Source: Candidatus Hodarchaeota archaeon
GTDB lineage: Archaea; Asgardarchaeota; Heimdallarchaeia; Hodarchaeales; Hodarchaeaceae
DNA length: 25,156 bases
Direction: 5' to 3'
Assembly: GCA_016839815.1 (NCBI GenBank)
Contig: JAEOTM010000162.1
Span: forward strand, 1-25,156
Of this stretch, positions 8,699-16,929 are shown piece after piece. Made by a program: the position numbers and the translations under genes. Below the pieces are notes generated by a model, which worked only from the letters and a program-made list of their open reading frames with translations, did no database searches and was not told the origin of the DNA. Numbering within the stretch: the first letter of the stretch is position 1; every line of letters starts with the position of its first letter.

Positions 8699-9487
8699 GT
8701 GGTTTCGTTCGATGAACTTGAAATCTTTTTGGGTTTTTTCGTTTTTACAAATAAAGGACGACCACTTATCACAAAGGATTTTCGTCCAGCCAAAGTAGCT
8801 GATGAATTTTCACCGAAACAAATCTTTTCTCTTCTCCAGTCAGCATTCGATCTTTCACAAGGATTCAAGGAGGAAAAAATCGACCAAGGCCAAATTTTTT
8901 ACGTTGATTTTGCTTCAATGCGTATTGCTGGAATTTCACGAGGAGAAGGTCTTTTTGCATTAATCTCTTCTGCCTCTGCTTCGTTATTAGATATTGAATT
9001 TAAGCTACGAACCTTAATGACTTTATTCCTTGGAAGTTTTTCCTATAAATTCGGTAGGAAATCGATTAGGATAACTTCGAAAGAGAAAAAAGAATTTGAT
9101 GAGGCTATTCTGACAGTCATGGCTGGCGAAAGTCGATATATGGGTGAATCCATGAAACTGTCGGTTGATGAAATTCTCGTTAAATGGAAAGCCAACGAAG
9201 AGGCTATTCAAGGAGTATGTGTATCTTCCTTTACAGGTGCCGTCATTGTTAACCAAATGGATCCGAAAATTCTTCCCGCTGCAGTACGAGCGATTCGAGG
9301 AGCGTTTGCTGCCCATTTAGAGCAACCTGAATTCTTTCTTGCAGTTAGTGGAGTATCTAATATCTTTGTTTATATTCTAGGAGAAGGATTATTGTTACTA
9401 ATTGATGCCAATCCTAAAATCGACCCATCTGTGACTATCACCAAGGTAGAAGAGAAAATTGCTGAAATTAAGCAACTAATTATCTGA
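8699..9487 (+). CDS. Longin-like + roadblock/LC7-like two-domain protein
   Basis: The N-terminus FLGFFVFTNKGRPLITKDF...IFSLLQSAFDLS...LFALIS is longin-like. The C-terminus (helix, IQGVCVSSFTGAVIVNQM, helix, three strands, helix) is roadblock-like. Starts 6 bp after the GTPase stop. Confidence 0.68.
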   Translation: MVSFDELEIFLGFFVFTNKGRPLITKDFRPAKVADEFSPKQIFSLLQSAFDLSQGFKEEKIDQGQIFYVDFASMRIAGISRGEGLFALISSASASLLDIEFKLRTLMTLFLGSFSYKFGRKSIRITSKEKKEFDEAILTVMAGESRYMGESMKLSVDEILVKWKANEEAIQGVCVSSFTGAVIVNQMDPKILPAAVRAIRGAFAAHLEQPEFFLAVSGVSNIFVYILGEGLLLLIDANPKIDPSVTITKVEEKIAEIKQLII

Positions 9488-9504
9488 ACAGCTCAATTCC
9501 TCTT

Positions 9505-11607
9505 GTGACAAGTTTGATAAAACAGCTAAAACAAGGTACAGTATATTTTCCAATTACTTTCCACATGCATCAACCAGTGGGAAATTTCCCATGGGTAATC
9601 GAAGATGCATTTCAAAAGGCCTATCTACCTCTTCTTCAAACTATCAAGAACCATTCGAAAGTGAAAATAAATCTCCATATTAGCGGACCTCTTTTAATTT
9701 GGTTGAAAAAGTACCATCCTAACTTTTTCGATCTGATTAAATTGCTATATTCAAACAATCAGTTGGAAATCATCGGAGGAGGTTTTTATGAACCTATTCT
9801 GGCTATAATACCAGAAGAAGATCGTATTAAGCAGATAGAGAAGACTGTAAATTGGTGGAGGGAGAATTATAATATCACACCAAAGGGATTATGGCTTGCA
9901 GAACGAGTGTGGGTTCCTGATCTACCCAAGACTCTCGCTAAACTAAAGATTGAATTTGTGTTCATTGATGATTACTTACTCAGGATGGCTGGTCTTTCGG
10001 AAGATGAAACCTTTTTTACCTATACTACCGAATACCAAGGATATCCAATTACAATATTCCCTATTAATGAATCAATCCGTTACTTAACACCTTGGAAATC
10101 CCCATCAGAATCCATTAAGTATTTACAAAAAGCACGTGATTCTTCCCATGAAGCAATCGTTGTTATGATTTCTGATGCCGAGAAAATGGGTGTATGGCCT
10201 GCTGGTGATCGAACTACTCATGATATATGCTATGTTAATGGATATGATGGGAGGAAAGGATGGATGGATAGTTTTTTCGAGGCACTTATTGATCATAATT
10301 GGATAAAACCTGTGCTACTAAGTACATATCTGAGTAATCATACACCTAAGGGATTGGTTTACTTACCCACTAGTTCTTATGACAAAATGGCCATCTGGGC
10401 ACTTCCAACCACTTTACGTAAACGATTGGAGCGCTTAAGGAAAAAAGCACAAAACGGGGAGTTATCTCACGCAAAGGACATACTAACCTTTACTCAGGGC
10501 TCCATTTGGCAAAATTTCTTGGTCAAATACTCTCAAGCCAATGTAATTCATAAACGGATGATGTATTGTAGAAATAAATTGAAAACATTTGAATCCCTTT
10601 TATCAACGATTGAGGTTCAAAAAATCTGGGAAAACATCCTGGCAAGCCAATCAAATGATGCATATTGGTCAGGAATGTTTGGAGGTATATATTATAGATT
10701 TTTACGTCACACATGCCTACAACATATCATAAGAGCTGATTATCTGATTGATCAAAGTTGTAAAGAGAAAAACATCACGCTCCCTGAAGTATTAACCCAA
10801 GATGTATTATTAGATGGCCATATGGACGGTATCTTAGAAAATGAAAATATTTCTTGTTTCATATCTTCACTTAAGGGAGGGTCTATATTCTCGTTGAATT
10901 TAAAGGAGCGGAATTATGATTTTCAAAACGTGCTTCAACGGATTAAGGAATCATATCATACAGAAGATGCATCTATCGTTGAAGATGGGATAGAAAAGTG
11001 GTCATTTCAAGATCATTTCTTCCATGAAATCTCTGGTGTTCAAATATATCAAACTAATCATTACAAAGATGTTGGCGATTTCGCAAATCAAGAATACGCT
11101 ATTGAATGTGATAGCGAAAATAGAATAATTTTACATCGGAAAGCAAAGGTGAGATTAACCAATAATAATCCCGTTTCCATCGTAATTAGGAAATCGTACA
11201 AATTAATGAACTCCTCCCTCTTAATAACATATGAGATTCGTATTTCAGGAGGAATTGATGAGACCGAGCTCTATTTCACTCCTGAAATGAATTTTCTTGC
11301 AGCTTCTTACCCGTATAAGACTTTTAGTTTTCTAAATAAAAAAAAATATGGTCTAAACGAATTAATTGAGGAAAAAAATTGTGATCTTGTAGAACTTCAT
11401 GATACTAATGAATATGAAAACGTTTCTTTGGGTATTGAACTACCTAATTCGATGCAATGTCACTTGTTTCCAATTTACTCCCAAGCAAAAAGTGAACTAG
11501 GATTTGAAAAACAGTATCAAGGCACATCTATTTTCCCCTTTTTTAAGATAACTAAGGAAAAATCACTTTTTCAAATAAGAATTACGTTAAAATCTCTCGA
11601 ACTTTAA
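9505..11607 (+). CDS. GH57 alpha-amylase / 4-alpha-glucanotransferase (with DUF1925/DUF1926-type C-terminal regions)
   Basis: HMHQPVGN, GGGFYEPIL, GLWLAERVW (catalytic Glu), SDAEKMG (catalytic Asp), QSNDAYW-G-FGGIY and terminal SE-GFE--YQG motifs. Confidence 0.93.
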   Translation: MTSLIKQLKQGTVYFPITFHMHQPVGNFPWVIEDAFQKAYLPLLQTIKNHSKVKINLHISGPLLIWLKKYHPNFFDLIKLLYSNNQLEIIGGGFYEPILAIIPEEDRIKQIEKTVNWWRENYNITPKGLWLAERVWVPDLPKTLAKLKIEFVFIDDYLLRMAGLSEDETFFTYTTEYQGYPITIFPINESIRYLTPWKSPSESIKYLQKARDSSHEAIVVMISDAEKMGVWPAGDRTTHDICYVNGYDGRKGWMDSFFEALIDHNWIKPVLLSTYLSNHTPKGLVYLPTSSYDKMAIWALPTTLRKRLERLRKKAQNGELSHAKDILTFTQGSIWQNFLVKYSQANVIHKRMMYCRNKLKTFESLLSTIEVQKIWENILASQSNDAYWSGMFGGIYYRFLRHTCLQHIIRADYLIDQSCKEKNITLPEVLTQDVLLDGHMDGILENENISCFISSLKGGSIFSLNLKERNYDFQNVLQRIKESYHTEDASIVEDGIEKWSFQDHFFHEISGVQIYQTNHYKDVGDFANQEYAIECDSENRIILHRKAKVRLTNNNPVSIVIRKSYKLMNSSLLITYEIRISGGIDETELYFTPEMNFLAASYPYKTFSFLNKKKYGLNELIEEKNCDLVELHDTNEYENVSLGIELPNSMQCHLFPIYSQAKSELGFEKQYQGTSIFPFFKITKEKSLFQIRITLKSLEL

Positions 11608-11667
11608 ATATAAGATTAAGGAGACAAACGAACAAAAAAATTAGCGTTCTAATCTTCACAAGTTTAA

Positions 11668-11784
11668 TTAGAGCAGGTAGAGAAGAAAGATGATTCCAAA
11701 AAGGAAGATGAACCCAACACCATAGGTGAAGATTATATCCATCAGGTTCCTCATCAGTTTTACTTTTCTTAATAGAATTCCCAT
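11668..11784 (-). CDS. Candidate 38-aa single-pass membrane microprotein (MGILLRKVKLMRNLMDIIFTYGVGFIFLFGIIFLLYLL)
   Basis: Hand-translated ATG..TAA ORF in the intergenic gap, absent from the ORF track. Basic N-terminus plus a 22-aa hydrophobic tail; oligo-T tract downstream (A7 at 11634..11640). Confidence 0.45.
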   Translation of the reverse strand: MGILLRKVKLMRNLMDIIFTYGVGFIFLFGIIFLLYLL

Positions 11785-11977
11785 TTCCAAGTAATATTGG
11801 GATTTCCTTCTTAATAAAGTCTTCTATGATAGATCGTCCAAATGGCAGTTTTATGCTAATAAAATGAAATTTTGTTCCAAAATTATGTATAAATGGGGAA
11901 ATGAGGATAATTTTTGTTATCGTGAATATCGATAGTAATTAACAACCGAACGTTTTTCCAATTGTTTGGTGAATAAT

Positions 11978-12406
11978 ATGTCTAAAAGCGATGAAAGGTA
12001 TCTCAGTACAAAAAAATTTCTAAGAAAAGCTATTGATGAAGGAGCAAGGTTAAGACAATACTTTTTAAGAGGTCATGGCAACTGGTTTGCCTTGATATTT
12101 TCATTGATTAACTTTACCCTGATATTTTACAATCTTCTATTTAAAAACTTGTTTTTCATCCCAGAAGTTCTCAAATCATTTTCAGTATTCTTTATAGTAT
12201 TCGGAATAATATATTTTCCAATAGCAGTTATAGTTGGCTGGTTAGATTTCAAAAAAGGGACGTACAAAGCGGAACAACAATTAACTCGAGATATTTCCCC
12301 AATCTGGAAAGAAGTTTTTAACAAACTAGATTCCTTGGAAAAGCAGAACCAGGACGTACTTGAATCGTTAAAAACCATAGAAGTCTCTCAAGAGAGACTA
12401 AAATAG
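11978..12406 (+). CDS. Hypothetical 2-TM membrane protein with C-terminal coiled coil
   Basis: R--YF-RG---WF...INF-LIFY, then IY-P-A---GW-DFKKG-Y-AE...P pattern, which I recall from a conserved archaeal hypothetical family. Heptads KLDSLEKQNQDVLESL. ATG 11978 is preceded by GGTGA. Confidence 0.8.
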   Translation: MSKSDERYLSTKKFLRKAIDEGARLRQYFLRGHGNWFALIFSLINFTLIFYNLLFKNLFFIPEVLKSFSVFFIVFGIIYFPIAVIVGWLDFKKGTYKAEQQLTRDISPIWKEVFNKLDSLEKQNQDVLESLKTIEVSQERLK

Positions 12407-12422
12407 AAAAAAAAGAAAAAAA
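12407..12422 (-). terminator. T7-C-T8 tract, probable terminator of the wHTH-vWA operon
   Basis: AAAAAAAAGAAAAAAA on the + strand, about 12 nt downstream of the minus-strand vWA stop. Confidence 0.5.
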
Positions 12423-12433
12423 CGATATATTCA

Positions 12434-13726
12434 TCATTTCTTTCGTTGTTTCCGTAGGGAATACATCATGTTGGAAGCAAATTTTCTTGATGATTTGGAA
12501 TACACATCTTCGGCCAATGTACTAGAAAGTAAGGCTTTATTATCCTCAATCACTGACCGCAATTGTGGAGAAGATCCAGCTAATTCAGATCGATGTTTTA
12601 ATTTCGATTGTTGAGTTGAAACAAGTTTTTGAGCCTCAGAAAACTGTCCACGATCAGCTAGATATATGGCTTCCTCTCTGATTAAGGCTGTCTCAAGAAT
12701 TACCACGTTATCCAATACTTGTTGGTTTTCTGTAGCCAATAATTCTTCTTTATTCGTGTAAGTCACAGAACAGGGGTGTTGTTGACTGATCTTTTTTGAT
12801 CCAGAGTGTGTAGGAATCCAGTCAACCTCAAAATTAACAATCTCTTGTAGTGAATCTAGTGGTCCCGACGACAGCATAAGGTCTAAGATAAGTAACCGAT
12901 TATTTCCTGATCGTAGATCTCCAAGTTTGAAAGGTTGAATATCCTGATCCTCTAGAGAAACTCCTAATATCCGTTGTATATTTACTCCCTTGGAAGGTTT
13001 AACCCCTATTAAGATATTTGAAGCTACTGTTGCAAGAAGGCCTTTAAATTCTTTTTCAATAAAAACTGGAATATCATCAGCAGATTTGATGTAGTAAAAT
13101 TCCCCAGATGCGGAATCAGCAATACTTACCAGCATATCCTCGTCAAAATCATCCCCAATTCCGAATGTACTTATCGTAACACCATCTTTGTTGTGAACAT
13201 TCTTTGCCGATTTTGCTACCTCACTCTTTGATGATATCCCAACATTTGCCAAACCATCTGATAATAATAAAACGACATTTCGATATTCTAGCTTGGTGTT
13301 TTTTCTAACCTGATTCACTCCTTCCATCATTCCATCATGAAGATTAGTCATGTTTCTTGCTGTAATACTTTGGACTTTGGCAATAATTGAAGCCTTTTCA
13401 GTAAGATTTCCTGCCGGTACTATGGTTTCAATGACATCATCATAGATAACTAGTGAAAATATATCCTGTTTCGACATATTTTCAATAATGAACTCAACAG
13501 CTTTCTTAGCTTTCTCAATTTTTGATCCTCCCATTGAACCAGAACGATCTAACACCACACTTAGGTTAAGTGCAACTCTCTCCTTTGTTTCAATAACTTC
13601 CTCTACCGCTTCTAATTCAAGTTGTGCATAGAGATGGGTTTCTCCACTGGCCAATGCATATTCACTAGAGGGAGATACTCTAATTTTGATATTTCTATTT
13701 ACATTGTTTTCATTTTTCATACTCAT
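12434..13726 (-). CDS. von Willebrand factor A domain protein (YfbK / Ca-activated chloride channel homolog-like)
   Basis: LNLSVVLDRSGSM (MIDAS DxSxS), T in MTNL, LLSDGLAN, ISTFGIG-DFDED...G-FYYI, followed by a beta-sandwich-like region and a helical tail. Confidence 0.92.
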   Translation of the reverse strand: MSMKNENNVNRNIKIRVSPSSEYALASGETHLYAQLELEAVEEVIETKERVALNLSVVLDRSGSMGGSKIEKAKKAVEFIIENMSKQDIFSLVIYDDVIETIVPAGNLTEKASIIAKVQSITARNMTNLHDGMMEGVNQVRKNTKLEYRNVVLLLSDGLANVGISSKSEVAKSAKNVHNKDGVTISTFGIGDDFDEDMLVSIADSASGEFYYIKSADDIPVFIEKEFKGLLATVASNILIGVKPSKGVNIQRILGVSLEDQDIQPFKLGDLRSGNNRLLILDLMLSSGPLDSLQEIVNFEVDWIPTHSGSKKISQQHPCSVTYTNKEELLATENQQVLDNVVILETALIREEAIYLADRGQFSEAQKLVSTQQSKLKHRSELAGSSPQLRSVIEDNKALLSSTLAEDVYSKSSRKFASNMMYSLRKQRKK

Positions 13727-13735
13727 TCACATATT

Positions 13736-14266
13736 TTATTTTTTTAATTCTTCTTCTAATTCTTCTTGTTTTTTTAGTATTTTCATGCCTTTTTTCGTCA
13801 GCTGGTGCCGTTTTTTTGGACGTCCAACTTTTTTAGAGCTAAAGCTCTTCGCTTCATCCACATATTGCTTAATCAGCTTGAGATCCTCTAGATCATCGAT
13901 TGATCGTTTAATCGTTGTTGGAGAAAATCCACGCTGTTGTAGTTCCGTCACGCTGATTCCTTCCTGCTCTTGAATAACATTGAGGATTTCACGTCTTGAC
14001 CTTTTTAGTCGAAACTCTTTACCTTGGATATCAGCTAGTTTCTTTTTACCAAACTCCGTTAGTAGAACCTTATTAGCGTCGTTTTTCTCAATAAAACCAG
14101 CTAACTGAAGTTCCTTAACCCTTCGATAAATAGTAGCTGATGTAAAATTCAATCTACTCATTGATTGAAAATGGGTATTGATTTTCAGAATTGGTATTGG
14201 TTCATCAAGCGCGTTGAGATACATGAGAATCTCAACAGAACCCCTCGCAGCAAGAAGATCAATCAA
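13736..14266 (-). CDS. Tandem winged-helix (2 x wHTH) DNA-binding protein
   Basis: Two repeats: EIL...SATIYRRVKEL---GFI...LT--G and EIL...SPTTIKRSIDDL----LI...GRPKK--QLT-KG. The TTG start overlaps the upstream stop (TTGA). Confidence 0.82.
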   Translation of the reverse strand: MIDLLAARGSVEILMYLNALDEPIPILKINTHFQSMSRLNFTSATIYRRVKELQLAGFIEKNDANKVLLTEFGKKKLADIQGKEFRLKRSRREILNVIQEQEGISVTELQQRGFSPTTIKRSIDDLEDLKLIKQYVDEAKSFSSKKVGRPKKRHQLTKKGMKILKKQEELEEELKK

Positions 14267-14634
14267 TGAACTTTTCCTCCATAGTTTTCTTTCGGCATAT
14301 AAGGATAGTTAATATATGGAATAGTCGAACAACAGTGTCTACATGGTATAATGATGATATTGATTGTTGAATGACAATTTTTGATTCTGAAATCTAGTCT
14401 ACGATAAGAGTTAAGGAATTGTTTCCCTGCACGTGTAAGTGTTATTCTCTTCTGATCAGGTCTGTATAAATTGAGGTAACCAATAGAAACCAATTCCTGG
14501 ATAAATCTGAAAATAGTTGAAGTTGTTTTTTTCGTTCTGGATTGATTTAAAAGGGAATTGTAGATTTCCAGTGGTAAGCTATTCGGATTTTTGTGTACAT
14601 ATTTTAAAATATCAATCTTTTCTTTTACTTCCAT
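14263..14634 (-). CDS. Winged-helix protein with Cys-rich C-terminal tail
   Basis: DILKY...STIFRFIQELVSIGYL...ITLTRAGKQFL; tail CH-x9-CRHCC. Confidence 0.72.
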   Translation of the reverse strand: MEVKEKIDILKYVHKNPNSLPLEIYNSLLNQSRTKKTTSTIFRFIQELVSIGYLNLYRPDQKRITLTRAGKQFLNSYRRLDFRIKNCHSTINIIIIPCRHCCSTIPYINYPYMPKENYGGKVH

Positions 14635-15051
14635 TATAAGGCATCCGTCTATTTTTAGGAATTTTAACGGGTCAGTAATGATATCTAAGCTGAATTATCA
14701 ATCCTGAACGAAATTCTAATTTATTATCATATTTGAGAATAGTATTATTTATACTTTTTGATAAATGTAGTGCTTAAAGGGAAAATTCAAGAAAAATATG
14801 AAATAGATTTCATAGTAGCACAATTTCTTGAAAATTCAATTACTTGATCCAACTAATCTTTGATATTAACATCCGGTTGGTTTAATTAGATAACTTATTT
14901 TAACTTGATTTTTGAAGGTGAAAATGATTACTCACCTAAAAGATAGTTTTCATATGATATTCTTTTGATTAACCTATACACAACTCCCCACAAGTGGAGA
15001 TGATCCAAAAAATTTCATGTGAAAACAGATTATAAGCAGTAGGAATTTTTC

Positions 15052-15942
15052 ATGGTAGTAGTTTCGCAAATATGGATTCAACATCTCCATTGTAAATCTA
15101 TTATTGGCCACTGTCATTTACGTCTTGGATCGGATTTGGAACCTATTCTTGGAGGATCTTTGTATACTGCTCTTGTTACTGCTTTGGCTGAAATTGAACC
15201 TCCTCCTAATATTTATATTATGTCAGGTGTGTACGGTTTTAGAATTCCAGATAATGAAGGGATTGGGTTTTTCACGATTCAAAACAGAAATTTCCGTATC
15301 TTCTTTTTGTGCGAAGGTCTCTTCGGAAGAGGAATTCCCTACTTGGCTGGAACAGCAATTTCTCGGAGGATTCGCGATCTTTTTTCTTGGTTAGAATCTG
15401 AAATATCAGCTGATGATTGTGAAATTGCCCATGCCTCGAATCAAGATGATGCTTTCTGGTTTGAACTTATAGTTTCCCTTGGATTCGGTAGTATTCCAAT
15501 TGACCAATATGAAAAAATTTATCCATTAAGATATATAGAAATTCATGCCTCAAGAACTTCCTCGAATGAGGTCGTAGTAAACAACCTAGAGACCTCTGAA
15601 ATGTCTACTCAACTGTCATATGGCTGGGAGCATATTGATGAAGTGATTAGTACAAAAATCCAGGGAATTTTCTCTCGTCCCCACTTCAGTTTTTTAGTAT
15701 ATGAATCCCTTTTTAATCAGATTTCAGAATTTCTCCCAGAGTTTCAACCTAATACAATTATTCTTACTTATTCTCGTGGAGACTTACTTATTAATCAGAG
15801 CTCCATTGTCTCATTTCTTAATATTACTGATACTTCCTTAATGATTCGTTATTGTCTTCCCATGTCACGGGAATTGGAAGTTAATGGAAGTCAAACAGTC
15901 CATTCGTTCCTTCGATCTATTTATTTAGCCACTCTGGTATGA
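15052..15942 (+). CDS. Hypothetical protein, possible divergent N-terminal longin-like domain
   Basis: 296-aa ORF with AGGA upstream. VSQIWIQH...IIGH...EPILGGSLYTAL resembles the longin strand-strand-helix pattern (compare DEALFAGGIVAI in 20132..21229). Confidence 0.6.
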   Translation: MVVVSQIWIQHLHCKSIIGHCHLRLGSDLEPILGGSLYTALVTALAEIEPPPNIYIMSGVYGFRIPDNEGIGFFTIQNRNFRIFFLCEGLFGRGIPYLAGTAISRRIRDLFSWLESEISADDCEIAHASNQDDAFWFELIVSLGFGSIPIDQYEKIYPLRYIEIHASRTSSNEVVVNNLETSEMSTQLSYGWEHIDEVISTKIQGIFSRPHFSFLVYESLFNQISEFLPEFQPNTIILTYSRGDLLINQSSIVSFLNITDTSLMIRYCLPMSRELEVNGSQTVHSFLRSIYLATLV

Positions 15943-15980
15943 AATTTTTCGTTTAACAAAGAGTTTTAGAGCGAACAGTT

Positions 15981-16925
15981 TTGGCAGATATTTCAAGAAA
16001 TAACTTATCTCTCAACTTCGTAGTCTCTTCTCTGATCATTGTAGTGTTATGGTCAACTCCTCCCCTAGTATCTAAGGAATGGGTAGGTAATGAGGGATTA
16101 TTTCCTGGATTATTTTTTGGCTTTCTTCGTTATATTTTAGGTTTCCTTACTCTCTTTACTATAGTGTTAATTCAAAGAAAGATAGGTAATCTCAAAAACA
16201 TTTTGACCAAACACACTAAATCAATAATATTTTGTTCTCTGTGGCTTGTTTTAATGATAGTTGGACAAAACTTCTCTGTTCATTATATATTAGGTGGTTC
16301 TAGTTCAGTCCTTCTTAATTTTAATCCAGGACTTGTTTATTTAGTAGCTCCTTTACTATTTACCGATGAAACCTATTCTTCACGAAAATCAATAGCTCTA
16401 GTAATTTCAATATTTGGCATTTGTTTGGTATTTTTAGCTGAAAGCGATTTACTTGTGGAAAATTTTACTCACTTTCTTTTAGGAAATTTCCTCGGGTTTT
16501 TGTCTGGAGTAGCCTGGGCTGGGTATTCCCTCTCTCTAAAAAAAATGTTCCCAGATGAATCATCTATCGAAGTCACTTCACTAAACCTAGGATTTGCAGC
16601 AGTATTTCTCTTAATCTTCTCTTTGGGATTTGAAAAAATCCCACCAGCGAGTAGCTATACTCTAGAAAGTATAACTGGATTATTAATCATCGGAGTTGGA
16701 GCAGCAGCAATTGCATTTACTCTGTATTTACAGCTTGTACAAAATTTCGGAGCGATTTATGCGTCCAATATCCAATTTTTAATCCCTCTTTTCTCACTCC
16801 TGTTTGCTTGGATGTTCATGGGAGAATTCTCTAGTATGGCAATAATAGGCGGCGTAATATGTGCAATAGGTGTAGCTATAATCACCGCTCCCATAGAAAA
16901 AAAGAAAGATGAAGGTTTTAAATAA
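15981..16925 (+). CDS. EamA/DMT family transporter
   Basis: About 10 TM in two repeats; LW-----K, LRY--G, SSVLL---P, G----F-SG-AWA-Y---K, AF-LY, L-P-F----AW--GE motifs. Confidence 0.92.
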   Translation: MADISRNNLSLNFVVSSLIIVVLWSTPPLVSKEWVGNEGLFPGLFFGFLRYILGFLTLFTIVLIQRKIGNLKNILTKHTKSIIFCSLWLVLMIVGQNFSVHYILGGSSSVLLNFNPGLVYLVAPLLFTDETYSSRKSIALVISIFGICLVFLAESDLLVENFTHFLLGNFLGFLSGVAWAGYSLSLKKMFPDESSIEVTSLNLGFAAVFLLIFSLGFEKIPPASSYTLESITGLLIIGVGAAAIAFTLYLQLVQNFGAIYASNIQFLIPLFSLLFAWMFMGEFSSMAIIGGVICAIGVAIITAPIEKKKDEGFK

Positions 16926-16929
16926 AAAC

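Noticed and set aside
12382-12399. Perfect 8-bp inverted repeat AGTCTCTC-AA-GAGAGACT
   Set aside because: It lies inside a CDS with a 2-nt loop, and the T-tract is on the wrong side for a bacterial-type terminator; likely chance.
13736-14266. Tandem wHTH as an ESCRT-II (Vps22/25/36) subunit
   Set aside because: It has basic recognition helices and a GRP wing typical of DNA-binding regulators, and no ESCRT genes are nearby.
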